Positions 37,240-47,243 of a stretch of DNA of 64,000 bases are shown piece after piece. The stretch is from Caldisericota bacterium (GTDB lineage: Bacteria; Caldisericota; Caldisericia; UBA6126; JAGPKI01). The stretch covers positions 76 through 64,075 of the forward strand of contig JBPOJC010000005.1 of NCBI GenBank assembly GCA_052034135.1, in the 5' to 3' direction. Made by a program: the position numbers and the translations under genes. The notes under the pieces were generated by a model, which was not told where the DNA came from, did no database searches, and saw only the letters and a program-made list of their open reading frames with translations. Within the stretch, counting starts at the first letter, position 1. Every line of letters starts with the position of its first letter.

Positions 37240-38858
37240 TTTTTATCATTTTCTCTAATAATTTCTAAAAATTTATTCATTATAGCTATAGGTGGATTCA
37301 TATGAGGTATAGATATTGGTTCGTTTTCGCTTAATTTAATTGTTTGGATAAATTTTTTGAGTTTAGAAAATGTTCCAGCAGGTACGAGAGTGAGCTTAAG
37401 AGGCTTTATGCCAATCATCTGTTCATAGTCGTTGTAGTCATGGTCTAATTCTTTTAATGCGTTGTGAACAAATTCTTCAATTTTTGATTCAGAAAGGGAA
37501 CTATCTAACATTTCAATATAAATATGAAGAAAAGCTTCACCATCTTTTTTGCTAATTTCTTTCACTGCTAACCAATCTTTAAATTGTATTTTTGTATTTA
37601 TTAGGCTTTGTAAAATTGTTCTTTCTGTTAGCCTAGTAAAGCCAGCAATATCTATTACATCTTCAGTTCTATTTTCAAATCTGATTTGCGGAAGGTTTAT
37701 TTTAACTTCATTATCACTATTTCCTAAAACTCTTATTATGTCACCAATTCTGTAGCGAACAAAGGCTCCACCGTTTAGAGATGTAATAACAATTTCATAA
37801 AGTTTATTTGGTTCGAGCTCATTTATTAAGATAGTTTTAGGTGAATAATTTGGGTTTACTAAATTTTTTTCGTGTTCTTCCCAGGGAATAAATTCAAGGA
37901 AATTTGTGTAAGGCACAAAAGTCATTCCTTTTCTGTTCCATGCCTGAAAAGCAGTTATACCTATTTCAGTACCACCGTAAATCTCTAAAGGCTTTTTACC
38001 CCAGAAATACTCAATTTTGTCAGCATATAGTGAGGAATCTATTCCTCCACAGATTATTCCTGTTAAATTCCAGATATCACGGGGCAAAATATTTCGCCTG
38101 AGTATCTTACTCTTTAGAAAAGCCTTGCTAAGAAGGAAAAATTTCTTTGGTTGGTTTAAAATAGTAGAAGGTTTTAATGTTTTAAGATAATTCGGAAAAA
38201 TACTTCCTACTTTAACAAGAACACTTGCAACTCCAAAAAAATAATCAATTCCCTTTTGAAAACCAAGCTCAAAGCCATATAAGTTTCTTTCTTCAAAAGA
38301 CAAATTTTGGGCAATTTCATAATGTGGCATATAGTCAAATTCATACTCATACTTTAATCCATATGGAATAGTACCTGTTATATATGGAAGAGGAGCCATA
38401 CCATAAAGAAATTGTTTTCCATATCCAAACTTAAATTTTCCTCTACCGTAAGCAGTAGACATTATCACTGCGCCGAGAAATGCTCTTGCATTATTAAGAA
38501 CCATTCTATATGGGTAAGGTGCCCATTTTTCATCATATTCTCCAGGTTTACCTGTGGTCATAGACCAAAAAAGTGGTTTTTCTGGTAATGCAGCTTCATC
38601 TTTTATATCCAAAATTCCTAAATAATCAGGATAAGTAGTTAAAGGAACTTTGTTTCTGAATTCTGAAACAGATTCTGGAATATAACTACCTAAAAATATT
38701 TTACCAAGTTTTGATGAATTAAGTAATTTTAATTGTTCAAGAAGAAGCACTTCCTGTAGTTTCATAAACATAGAAATATCTAAGTCAATAAATCCGCAAT
38801 ACCTATTCCATAAATCTACGAACCTATCCTGCCTTAATAACTCGGTAGCATTTAACAT
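37236..38858 (-). CDS. GH3-family / acyl-adenylate-forming enzyme-like protein
   Basis: The N-terminal pattern (EFRNKVPLTTYPDY..LFWSMTTGKPGE..KWAPY) resembles bacterial GH3 auxin-responsive-promoter family proteins. It overlaps the kinase start by 4 nt. Confidence 0.5.
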   Translation of the reverse strand: MLNATELLRQDRFVDLWNRYCGFIDLDISMFMKLQEVLLLEQLKLLNSSKLGKIFLGSYIPESVSEFRNKVPLTTYPDYLGILDIKDEAALPEKPLFWSMTTGKPGEYDEKWAPYPYRMVLNNARAFLGAVIMSTAYGRGKFKFGYGKQFLYGMAPLPYITGTIPYGLKYEYEFDYMPHYEIAQNLSFEERNLYGFELGFQKGIDYFFGVASVLVKVGSIFPNYLKTLKPSTILNQPKKFFLLSKAFLKSKILRRNILPRDIWNLTGIICGGIDSSLYADKIEYFWGKKPLEIYGGTEIGITAFQAWNRKGMTFVPYTNFLEFIPWEEHEKNLVNPNYSPKTILINELEPNKLYEIVITSLNGGAFVRYRIGDIIRVLGNSDNEVKINLPQIRFENRTEDVIDIAGFTRLTERTILQSLINTKIQFKDWLAVKEISKKDGEAFLHIYIEMLDSSLSESKIEEFVHNALKELDHDYNDYEQMIGIKPLKLTLVPAGTFSKLKKFIQTIKLSENEPISIPHMNPPIAIMNKFLEIIRENDKK

Positions 38859-38999
38859 ATATGATAACCATTATAATAATTTTTTAACATTATGACCATT
38901 ATAATAATTTTTGACTTATGAGAAAGTTTATGATTTGTATCGAGCAAAATCTTAAATATGATATACTTCTGTGGATTAAACTATGGGAGTCATGAAGGT

Positions 39000-39230
39000 A
39001 ACTACGAATGAATATCATCCCTTCATTCCGAAAGTGTGTATCAACAAGCTTGAACTGAGGAGATTCTTCGCTACTGGGAATAGTGCTCATTAGGATGACG
39101 GCGATGGTGTGATAACTTTCGTCGTTAAAATTAAACTCCTCAGAATCACGGAAGGTTGAATCCCCAATGCCACTTACGGAATACATCTCCTAAGGATTAC
39201 TGTGTGATAAGAGTACATTCGTTACATACA
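39000..39230. repeat. Cluster of degenerate copies of the 6.7-7.6 kb repeat modules
   Basis: 39057-39100 is the reverse complement of the CCGTCAT(T/C)CT..GCGAAGAATCTCCTC module. 39111-39151 (gataactttcgtcgtt..ctcctcagaatcacgg) matches the GGAGACCCTTCGTCGC..CTCCTCAGGGTGA module. 39023-39065 resembles the 39-nt CATTCCGAAGTG.. module. Confidence 0.75.
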
Positions 39231-39496
39231 TTTCTTAAGGCAACAAAAAAGAGGTATAAAAGAGGAGAGGTTCCATCGGGTGGAAAATTGTAAGCAATTT
39301 AAAATAAATAAAAATAATTGAAATAAAAAATTTCAGTATCTAAAGAATCTGATAAAATGGAAGTATTAGCAGCTCATGTTTAGTTTTTTGATGAAGCAAA
39401 GATAATCAAAGATAATAATTTTATTAAGAAAATTAAACAAAGTAACATATTTTAAATTGTTTTTATAAGGGATATGGCATATATTAATTAGTTATT

Positions 39497-39569
39497 GTGC
39501 CCGTAGCTTAATGGAAAAAGCATCGGCCTCCGGAGCCGAGGAGTGGAGGTTCAATTCCTCTCGGGCACG
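39497..39569 (+). tRNA. tRNA-Arg (anticodon CCG)
   Basis: Hand-folded cloverleaf. The acceptor stem is GTGCCCG/CGGGCAC, the D arm GCTT..AAGC, the anticodon stem TCGGC/GCCGA with loop CTCCGGA, and the T arm GGAGG-TTCAATT-CCTCT. The discriminator is G and no CCA is encoded. Confidence 0.9.
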
Positions 39570-39579
39570 GAGAAAATTT

Positions 39580-40284
39580 ATGAAAAGGTTTAAGTTTATT
39601 ATATTATTGGTTCTGATTGTAGTTGTAGTTTTTTTTATAAACAAAGAATTAGTTTATCTACCTTTACTTAAAATTAATGCGTCTGATAGCGTGGCTATGA
39701 AAGTTAAAGAAGAACTTGGTAAAGCTTCATTTATGGGTTTTACTTTTAAACGGAACATTCAAAATAAAGAATTTAAAAAAACAATTAATAACTGTGAAAG
39801 TATTACTCTTACAAAAAAAGGCTTTTTGAAATGGGAGATAAACACTGTTCAGGAAGTTTATAATTATATTGTCAAACTTAATGGTTATCCTATGAGTATT
39901 AATAAAGAAGGATCTTTAATTGATGAAAACGTAAATATGAACATTAATGATAATTCTTTAGCCGTTTTTATTGTAAACGTAAAAGCCAAAAACGATGCAA
40001 AAGTTGTTTATAATGATTACATAAAACCGTTTTTACTCTATGTTAATTCAACAAAAAGTAAACTTTATCCAATGATTTCTGAAATAAATTTTGATGATTC
40101 CCTTGGACTTAGCTTTACTTGTTTTGACAAAAAAAGAATAATAATAGGTAAAAGAAAAGATTTTGAAATAATTGAAGATGAATTTTTTAAAGCTAAAAGT
40201 CTATTAACTGAAAAAAAAGAATATACTAATTATAGTGAATTGGATTTCAGATTTAAAAATAGGATAATATGTAGAAAAAAATGA
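39580..40284 (+). CDS. Membrane-anchored protein upstream of ftsZ, possibly FtsQ/DivIB-like
   Basis: The start was moved to the ATG at 39580 (MKRFKFIILLVL, N-terminal TM helix) because the ORF-track start at 39511 lies inside the tRNA. The functional call rests on position only. Confidence 0.35.
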   Translation: MKRFKFIILLVLIVVVVFFINKELVYLPLLKINASDSVAMKVKEELGKASFMGFTFKRNIQNKEFKKTINNCESITLTKKGFLKWEINTVQEVYNYIVKLNGYPMSINKEGSLIDENVNMNINDNSLAVFIVNVKAKNDAKVVYNDYIKPFLLYVNSTKSKLYPMISEINFDDSLGLSFTCFDKKRIIIGKRKDFEIIEDEFFKAKSLLTEKKEYTNYSELDFRFKNRIICRKK

Positions 40285-40365
40285 TTTATTTCTTGATTTT
40301 ATGTTTTTAATTGTTATTATTTATGAAATTACCCATCATGTTTGGATTTAGAAAGGAGAGAAAAA

Positions 40366-41433
40366 ATGTTTAATGAGTTGGACCCTTGGACTCATACAAA
40401 AGCAACTCTAAAGGTTATAGGTGTAGGTGGTGGTGGAACAAATGCTGTGAACAGGATGATACAATGTGGAATTAGCGGTGTTGAATTTATAGCAGTTAAC
40501 ACCGACGTTCAAGCATTGAGTGTTTCACTTGCTCCTACAAAAATCCAAATAGGACCAAAAATTACTAAAGGATTGGGTGCTGGCTCAATCGCAGATCTTG
40601 GAGAAAAAGCTGCTTTAGAAAGCGAAGAAACAATAAGAGATGTTCTTAACGGAACTGATTTGCTGTTTTTAACTACAGGTATGGGTGGAGGTACTGGTAC
40701 GGGTGCAAGTCCTGTAATTGCCAAAATAGCTAAAGAAATGGGAATTCTCACTATTGCCATAGTTACAAAGCCTTTTTATTTTGAAGGTGAAAGAAGAATG
40801 AAGGTTGCAGAGGAAGGTATCGCGAAAATTAAAAATTACGTTGATACTCTTATTACTTTATGCAATGATAGGCTTCTTCAGATATCGACTAAATCCACTT
40901 CATTAACTGAAGCTTTTCTTTTAGCCGACGATATTCTTAGGCAAGGGGTTCAGGGCATATCTGATATTATAAATGTTCCTGGATTAATAAACGTTGATTT
41001 TGCAGACGTTAAAACTATTGTTAAAGATGCAGGAAGCGCGTGGATGGGTATAGGTTCAGCAAAAGGGGAAAATAAAGCAATTGAAGCAGCAAAAAGGGCA
41101 ATCAATAGTAAATTACTCGAAACAAATATTCAAGGAGCAAAAGGACTTCTCTTTAATATGACGGGAGGCAAAGGGCTCACCATAACTGATGTTAATGAAG
41201 CAGCAAAAGTAATAACAAATTCAGTCCATAAGGATGCTTTAAAAATATGGGGAGCTGTAATACAGGAAGATATGGATGATGAAATCAAAATAACAGTTAT
41301 AGCAACTGGTTTTGACTCTCATAAACAAATCTTTCCAGATGATGAATTTAGAGTAAGCTATAAAGAAGAAGAGAAAGAAGGAGAAAGCTTTATCGATATT
41401 CCTTTTTATCTAAAAAAGAGGATGGAACAATAA
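40366..41433 (+). CDS. ftsZ: Cell division protein FtsZ
   Basis: [10 protein letters not shown], the tubulin signature [13 protein letters not shown] and NVDFADV. The ATG at 40366 is preceded by the SD AAAGGAGAG; the track start at 40342 is a TTG. Confidence 0.97.
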   Translation: MFNELDPWTHTKATLKVIGVGGGGTNAVNRMIQCGISGVEFIAVNTDVQALSVSLAPTKIQIGPKITKGLGAGSIADLGEKAALESEETIRDVLNGTDLLFLTTGMGGGTGTGASPVIAKIAKEMGILTIAIVTKPFYFEGERRMKVAEEGIAKIKNYVDTLITLCNDRLLQISTKSTSLTEAFLLADDILRQGVQGISDIINVPGLINVDFADVKTIVKDAGSAWMGIGSAKGENKAIEAAKRAINSKLLETNIQGAKGLLFNMTGGKGLTITDVNEAAKVITNSVHKDALKIWGAVIQEDMDDEIKITVIATGFDSHKQIFPDDEFRVSYKEEEKEGESFIDIPFYLKKRMEQ

Positions 41434-41443
41434 AATTGAAACA

Positions 41444-42382
41444 ATGAAAAAAAGATTTTCAATATATAACTTAATTTTTGCATTATTTATAATTGTAATT
41501 GGTGCAGGGATTTTATTTTATGTGTTTAATGATTTTTCGCTTAGTAGAACACCAGAAACTATTTATGCAGAACTTCAGAGGATAGAAGTATCATTTCCAG
41601 CCGCAGGTTTTATAGCGAAAGATGAAAATATCTACTATGCAGAGGCAGATGGCAAAGTAAAGAGAATAATAGAACCAGGGGAAATAGTAAAAAAAGGAAC
41701 AGAAATAGCTCAAATTGTTCAAAATGATGGCAAAATTATTTCAGTAAAAGCACAAAATAACGGCCTTGTCACTTATATAATCGATAATTGTGAAGATAAG
41801 TACAATATTAATAATATTGATAAATTATTGACAACTGAAATAATAGATCCGCCTGTCAAACAAGAAAGGGTTGCAGACGGAGATACGATTAAAAAAGGCA
41901 ATTTTTTATTTAAAATTGTTGGAAATGATAAAATTAGCTATATTTTGGTATTTGATAAGGATGAGAAACAAAAGATTAGTGAAAATAAAGAATTAGTTTT
42001 CGCGGTTGAATACCCAGTAAATATGCTAATAGATGGGAAAATTGAGAGATTAGAAGACAGAGAAGATAATAAATGTTTAGCCGTTTTTTCTACTGAATAC
42101 TATATCGATACTTTGCTAAATTGGAGAAAAATTTCTGGTAGGTTTGTTTTTGGCACTGTTACAGCTTCATATTTACCAATTAGCTCATTAACTAAAAATG
42201 AAAAAGGAGAAGATGTCGTTTACATTAAGAACTCTTCTGGTTTACCTGAGGCTTACAAGGTAACTGTTCTTGGAAAAGATTATTCACGAAAGAATTATAT
42301 AGTTCAGGGGCTTAAGAAATTTGAAGAAGTGTATTTTGATGCTAACCTTGCGAAAGAGAAGATAAGCAAAGTAAGTGAATGA
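41444..42382 (+). CDS. Membrane-anchored hypothetical protein with HlyD/biotinyl-lipoyl-like beta-sandwich segment
   Basis: An N-terminal TM helix and DGKVKRIIEPGEIVKKGTEIAQI. It sits between ftsZ and yggS. Confidence 0.3.
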   Translation: MKKRFSIYNLIFALFIIVIGAGILFYVFNDFSLSRTPETIYAELQRIEVSFPAAGFIAKDENIYYAEADGKVKRIIEPGEIVKKGTEIAQIVQNDGKIISVKAQNNGLVTYIIDNCEDKYNINNIDKLLTTEIIDPPVKQERVADGDTIKKGNFLFKIVGNDKISYILVFDKDEKQKISENKELVFAVEYPVNMLIDGKIERLEDREDNKCLAVFSTEYYIDTLLNWRKISGRFVFGTVTASYLPISSLTKNEKGEDVVYIKNSSGLPEAYKVTVLGKDYSRKNYIVQGLKKFEEVYFDANLAKEKISKVSE

Positions 42383-43089
42383 TTAATATTGAAAGCAATT
42401 TTATTAAAAAAAGAATAGAATTATTAAGGAGTGACATTGTAGAAACAGCTCAAAAATGTAGAAGAAACTATCAAGATATAGAAATTGTTGCAGTGACAAA
42501 AGGAGTTGATACTTCACTGATATTGGAAGCTTTTAGTGAAGGTATCGATTTATTTGGCGAAAGTTACCTTCAAGAAGCATCTAAAAAATTAGATTATCTC
42601 TTTAATAATTCGTCATTAACTAAAGAAAACTTCCACTTTATAGGTCATCTTCAAAAAAATAAAGCAGTCAAAGCGATAAATTATTTTTCAAGCATTGATT
42701 CTATCGATTCAATTGAATTGTGTGAGTTAATTTCCAATAAAGCTTCTAAAATTGGCACCAAAGTGAATGTTATGATTGAGGTTAAGACTTCTTACGAAGA
42801 TACAAAATATGGTTTATTGCCTGAAGAAACTATTGATTTTGTTGAGAATTTAATAGAACTACCCTTTATTAATTTAATTGGTGTTATGACAATGGCTCCT
42901 CTTGATGCCTCTGAAAATGTAACAAGAAATTGTTTTAGAAAGCTTTATAATGTTTGGGAAGAAATTGATAAATTATACAATTTAAAACTTCCATATATAT
43001 CAATGGGAATGAGCGATGATTATAAAATTGCTATAGAAGAGGGTTCTACAATGCTGCGAATTGGAAGGGCAATATTTGGAAGGAGTTAA
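42379..43089 (+). CDS. yggS: YggS/YlmE-family pyridoxal-phosphate homeostasis protein
   Basis: VAVTKGV (PLP lysine), HFIGHLQKNK and MGMSDDY..A.EEGSTMLRIGRAIFG. Confidence 0.8.
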   Translation: MINIESNFIKKRIELLRSDIVETAQKCRRNYQDIEIVAVTKGVDTSLILEAFSEGIDLFGESYLQEASKKLDYLFNNSSLTKENFHFIGHLQKNKAVKAINYFSSIDSIDSIELCELISNKASKIGTKVNVMIEVKTSYEDTKYGLLPEETIDFVENLIELPFINLIGVMTMAPLDASENVTRNCFRKLYNVWEEIDKLYNLKLPYISMGMSDDYKIAIEEGSTMLRIGRAIFGRS

Positions 43090-43092
43090 AAT

Positions 43093-43536
43093 ATGAAAAA
43101 ACTTTTAGATTGGTTTTATAAATTATTGGGTGTTGAACAAGACGAAGAAGAAGAGGGTATAGAGGAAGAAATAAAGGTTGAGCCAGTTAGCAAGAAGCAA
43201 CAAGGAAGATTTGCTAAACAAGCACCAGATTTTAAGGCTGTTATAGTTGTATCTTTAACTCCTAAAGTTAAGGAAGACGCAAGAAGAGCTGTGAATTTTT
43301 TAAAAGAAAATAAATTGATAATTGTAGATTTTGAGAATGGCGACGCAGACAGATCGATTTTATCATATTTTGTTGCCTATCTATCCGGAGCAGTTGATGC
43401 ATTGGGTGGAGTAGCTGACAAATTTGGCGAATATGTGTATCTTTTTACCCCACCTGGCGTTAATATTTCAAGGGAACAAAAGAAGGATATTTTAAGTAGT
43501 TCCAACAACAACGAAAATCCTCCTTTCATCGAATAG
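43093..43536 (+). CDS. sepF: Cell division protein SepF
   Basis: The C-terminal core (VIVVSLTPKV..DARRAVNFLKENKLIIVDFEN..FVAYLSGAVDALGG..LFTPPGVNI) and its position after yggS. Confidence 0.8.
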   Translation: MKKLLDWFYKLLGVEQDEEEEGIEEEIKVEPVSKKQQGRFAKQAPDFKAVIVVSLTPKVKEDARRAVNFLKENKLIIVDFENGDADRSILSYFVAYLSGAVDALGGVADKFGEYVYLFTPPGVNISREQKKDILSSSNNNENPPFIE

Positions 43537-43600
43537 AATCTAAATTGATAAAATTTTCATCAAAAATTTTTTTAAACTTTTTTTATAAAGATGTATTAAT

Positions 43601-44110
43601 ATGAGTGAAGACAAAGAATTATTTGAAGATTATTTTAGAAAATATAAAGATGATGTATATAGAGTTGCGTATTATTATACGAAAAATAGAGATGATGCAG
43701 AAGATCTTGTGCAAGATACTTTTATTAGGGCTTATAAGTTCTTTTCAAAGTTTAAAAGAAATACTAACTTCAAATCCTGGATACTCAAAATTATGCGTAA
43801 TATTTACATAACTAAAAGTAAAAAGAAGAGTAAAGAAAAAAGTATCAAGAATCATGAATTAGATTTTTCTAAGGATTATTCATTAGAAGATGATTATCTT
43901 GATAATGTTACTATTTCTGAGGTTAGAGATGCAATACTTATGCTTCCAAGAGAGTTTAGAGAAGTAATAATGCTTTCAGACATCTCTGGTCTTATGTATG
44001 AAGAAATTGCAAAGATAATTAAAGTTCCTGTTGGAACAGTCAGATCTCGCTTACATAGAGGGAGGTTGATCCTTAAGGAAAGGCTAAAAGAGAAATATGA
44101 TGCTGAGTAA
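43601..44110 (+). CDS. ECF-type RNA polymerase sigma-70 factor
   Basis: Region 2 (DAEDLVQDTFIRAY..FKSWILKIMRN) and region 4 (YEEIAKIIKVPVGTVRSRLHRGR). Confidence 0.85.
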   Translation: MSEDKELFEDYFRKYKDDVYRVAYYYTKNRDDAEDLVQDTFIRAYKFFSKFKRNTNFKSWILKIMRNIYITKSKKKSKEKSIKNHELDFSKDYSLEDDYLDNVTISEVRDAILMLPREFREVIMLSDISGLMYEEIAKIIKVPVGTVRSRLHRGRLILKERLKEKYDAE

Positions 44111-44360
44111 ATTTTTTAGTAATAAAAATTGTAAGTATTGTGAGTGTTTCGTAAATGACTATGTTGACAACAGATTATCAGGGATAAAAGAGGAAGAATT
44201 CCTTGCTTATATTGAGAATTGCTTAAAGGTTAAAGGTTGTAAAAAGTGTACTGAACTTATCAAACAATTTAAGATTATTAAAAGTTACTGTGCAAGTTTA
44301 CGTGAAAGTTTGACTATGCCAGAAGACTTAAGCATGAAGCTTTTAAAAATGATAAGATAG
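44097..44360 (+). CDS. Putative Cys-rich anti-sigma factor (zf-HC2-like, no TM segment)
   Basis: It overlaps the sigma gene by 14 nt and has the Cys pattern CKYCEC..C..C..C. The canonical His is not obvious. Confidence 0.45.
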   Translation: MMLSKFFSNKNCKYCECFVNDYVDNRLSGIKEEEFLAYIENCLKVKGCKKCTELIKQFKIIKSYCASLRESLTMPEDLSMKLLKMIR

Positions 44361-44407
44361 ATTAGTGCATCTCATTATAAACTTTACTAACATTTACTGA
44401 TAAAAAA

Positions 44408-45874
44408 TTATTTTATCCAGTAATTAGGCGCTTCTCTCACAATAGAAACATCATGCGGATGTGATTCTTTAACTCCAGTAGGAGTTATTTGTATGAATTT
44501 AGTATTTTTTCTAAGTTCTTCTATATTATGAGCACCAGCATAACCCATACCAGATCTTAATCCACCAACTAATTGATAAATAAAATCTTGAAGCTTTCCT
44601 CTATAAGGAACTCTTCCAACAATACCTTCAGGTACTAATTTGGCAGCAGAAACGCCCTCTTGAAAATATCTTTCCCCACCACCTTCTTTCATTGCTTCAA
44701 TTGACCCCATAGCTCTATATTCTTTGTATTGCCTTCCGCCATAAAATATAAGTTCTCCTGGGCTTTCATCGAGACCAGCTAAAAGATTGCCAAGCATAAC
44801 AGTGCTTGCACCAGCAGCAATTGCTTTTGTTATATCACCAGAATATCTAACACCACCGTCAGCAATAATAGGTATGTCATATTGATCAGCGATTTCCGAG
44901 CACATCATAATTGCTGTTAATTGTGGTACACCACAACCTGCTATTATTCTTGTTGTACAAATGGAGCCCGGTCCTATGCCTACTTTAACAGCTGATGCCC
45001 CTTCTTTTATTAATGCATAAGTTCCTTCAGGAGTTGCAACATTTCCAGCTACAACCTCGAGGTCTGGATATTTATATTTTATATTCTTTAATAGATTGAT
45101 TACCCCTTCTGAATGGCCATGAGCTGAGTCAATAACAATTACATCGACTCCGGATTTGTATAATAACTCTACTCGAGTAAGAGCATCTTTTGAGACTGAA
45201 ATAGCTGCTCCTACTCTCAATCTGCCACTATTGTCTTTGCATGAATTAGGATATTCAATCATTTTGTTAATGTCTTTTATTGTTATTAGGCCTTTAAGGT
45301 TATAATCATCATCAACTATTAATAATTTCTCAACTTTATGCTGCTTAAGTATCTCTTTTGCTTCATTGATTGAAGTTCCTTCTTTTGCAGTAATGAGGTT
45401 TTCTTTTGTCATAACATCTGATACTTTTTCAGTATAGTCTGTAATAAACCTTATATCTCTATTTGTTATTATTCCTATCAATTTTTCGTTTCTTGTTATT
45501 GGAACTCCAGAGATGTGATATTTTTCTGTGACATTTAAAACATCTTGAATTGTAGCATCTTCAGTAAGCGTAATTGGGTTTGTTATGAGGCCACTTTCTG
45601 ACCTTTTTACCTTGTCTACTTCTTCTGCTTGCATTGCTGGAGGTAGATTTTTGTGAATTATGCCAATACCTCCCTGTCGAGCGAGAGCGATGGCTAATCG
45701 TGCTTCAGTAACTCTATCCATAGCAGCGCTCACAATTGGAATATTTAAAGGTATATTTTTTGTAAATCTTGTATGCAAGTCTACATCTCTTGGAAGAATA
45801 TTTGAATAGGCTGGTATTATTAATACATCATCATATGTTAATGCTATTCCGTTTATTTTTTTATTATAATTCAT
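44408..45874 (-). CDS. guaB: IMP dehydrogenase
   Basis: [10 protein letters not shown], a CBS pair, [11 protein letters not shown] and GGVRYSGD. The ATG at 45874 follows the SD GGAG; the track start at 45892 is a TTG. Confidence 0.95.
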   Translation of the reverse strand: MNYNKKINGIALTYDDVLIIPAYSNILPRDVDLHTRFTKNIPLNIPIVSAAMDRVTEARLAIALARQGGIGIIHKNLPPAMQAEEVDKVKRSESGLITNPITLTEDATIQDVLNVTEKYHISGVPITRNEKLIGIITNRDIRFITDYTEKVSDVMTKENLITAKEGTSINEAKEILKQHKVEKLLIVDDDYNLKGLITIKDINKMIEYPNSCKDNSGRLRVGAAISVSKDALTRVELLYKSGVDVIVIDSAHGHSEGVINLLKNIKYKYPDLEVVAGNVATPEGTYALIKEGASAVKVGIGPGSICTTRIIAGCGVPQLTAIMMCSEIADQYDIPIIADGGVRYSGDITKAIAAGASTVMLGNLLAGLDESPGELIFYGGRQYKEYRAMGSIEAMKEGGGERYFQEGVSAAKLVPEGIVGRVPYRGKLQDFIYQLVGGLRSGMGYAGAHNIEELRKNTKFIQITPTGVKESHPHDVSIVREAPNYWIK

Positions 45875-45943
45875 AGAGCTTTCTCCATTCAAAAGTTAAA
45901 GTGTGTTAATAAGTCTAAAATAAAAACATTAATTTTCAAATAT

Positions 45944-46447
45944 TTACATTATTTTCAGAGGTATATTTTTCTTTTGTATAACTTCCGTTAGTTTGCAATA
46001 TGTCTCTTCTAATGCTTCAGATATGACTCTTGTTTCCCCAATAACTGTAATAAAATTTGAATCTCCAATCCAGCGAGGAACTATATGAGCATGAATATGA
46101 TCTTCCACTCCAGCACCAGCAACCTTTCCGATATTCATTCCCACATTAAATCCTTGAGGCTCAAAAGCAGCTTTAATCAATCTAATTGAATAATCAATAA
46201 GATTAATAAATTCCAATGATGCATCATCTCGTAAATCAGATAATTGACTTATATGCGAATAAGGAACAACCATCAAATGTCCTGGGGAATATGGATATTT
46301 ATTTAGAACGATAAAATTAAATTTACCTCTATAAATTATAAAATTTTCACTATCTTTATTTTCTTTTATCATTTTACAAAAGAAACATTCTTTATCTTTA
46401 TTTCCTCTTATATACACATATCTCCATGGTGCCCACAATGTCTTCAT
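45944..46447 (-). CDS. HIT-family nucleotide hydrolase/transferase
   Basis: The histidine triad HIHAHIVPR lies near the C-terminus. Confidence 0.8.
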   Translation of the reverse strand: MKTLWAPWRYVYIRGNKDKECFFCKMIKENKDSENFIIYRGKFNFIVLNKYPYSPGHLMVVPYSHISQLSDLRDDASLEFINLIDYSIRLIKAAFEPQGFNVGMNIGKVAGAGVEDHIHAHIVPRWIGDSNFITVIGETRVISEALEETYCKLTEVIQKKNIPLKIM

Positions 46448-46565
46448 AAAAATCTACCTTTCTAAAGTTGTTTTCATTATAAACCTTAATACAATTGAGA
46501 TTGTCTATATAAATATTATTCTATTTTTAGTAATAAATACAATTATTTTAGTGAGGTGGAAAAAT

Positions 46566-47234
46566 ATGAGAAGAATGGTGAAAAGAATAGCTAATAAAAG
46601 AATATGGCTTGTTATAAGCATTGTCTTAATTATTACATTTAGTAATTCCTGTTCTAATAATATAAAACAGGTTCCACAAGAATCTAATGGAGGAATTACT
46701 TCTGAAGCTCCTTCTCAACCAGTTGATAATTCAAAAGAAAATTCTGCTAAACCTGAAGAGACCACCTCTGAAACCATGTCTCTGCCAACAGGCTTGATAC
46801 CTTCTGAGATGAGAATCTCTGCCAAAGACTTTACACTTGAAAAAATTGATGGGGGTACATTGAGTCTATCTTCGTATAAAGGAAAAATCGTATTACTTGA
46901 CTTTACAACAACCTGGTGTTACTGGTGCGATGTTCAGGCTCCACAGGTAGAAGAATTGTATAAGAATTACGCAAACAAGAATTTTACTGTTATAAGCATT
47001 GATTGCAAAGAAGAACTTCAGACTGTGAAAAGTAAATACCCTGGTGGAAAGCATATATTTCCAGTAGTACTTGATAAAGATGGCTCTGTGTCATATTCAT
47101 ATGGTATTAATGGATATCCAACATTCTTGCTAATTGATAAGGAAGGTAGAATTGCATATAAACAAGAGGGATATAAAGAGAACATGAAGGAAGTTGTATC
47201 AAAGATAATTGATTATTTACTTGAAAATGAGTAG
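46566..47234 (+). CDS. TlpA/redoxin-family thiol-disulfide oxidoreductase lipoprotein
   Basis: A signal peptide with lipobox (FSNSC) and a thioredoxin fold with WCYWC. The ATG at 46566 follows the SD GAGGTGG. Confidence 0.7.
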   Translation: MRRMVKRIANKRIWLVISIVLIITFSNSCSNNIKQVPQESNGGITSEAPSQPVDNSKENSAKPEETTSETMSLPTGLIPSEMRISAKDFTLEKIDGGTLSLSSYKGKIVLLDFTTTWCYWCDVQAPQVEELYKNYANKNFTVISIDCKEELQTVKSKYPGGKHIFPVVLDKDGSVSYSYGINGYPTFLLIDKEGRIAYKQEGYKENMKEVVSKIIDYLLENE

Positions 47235-47243
47235 CTTATTGTT

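Noticed and set aside
38899-39186. ORF 38899..39186 (-), and likewise 63772..63996 (-)
   Set aside because: Both are embedded in repeat clusters. They have no RBS, and their composition is dictated by the hairpin modules.
39511-39579. N-terminal 23 codons of ORF 39511..40284 (MEKASASGAEEWRFNSSRARRKF)
   Set aside because: This stretch is the tRNA-Arg gene read as protein. The real start is the ATG at 39580, which precedes a TM helix.
43605-43811. Alternative-frame ORF 43605..43811 (+)
   Set aside because: It is out of frame within the ECF sigma factor gene, which has clear region 2 and region 4 motifs.
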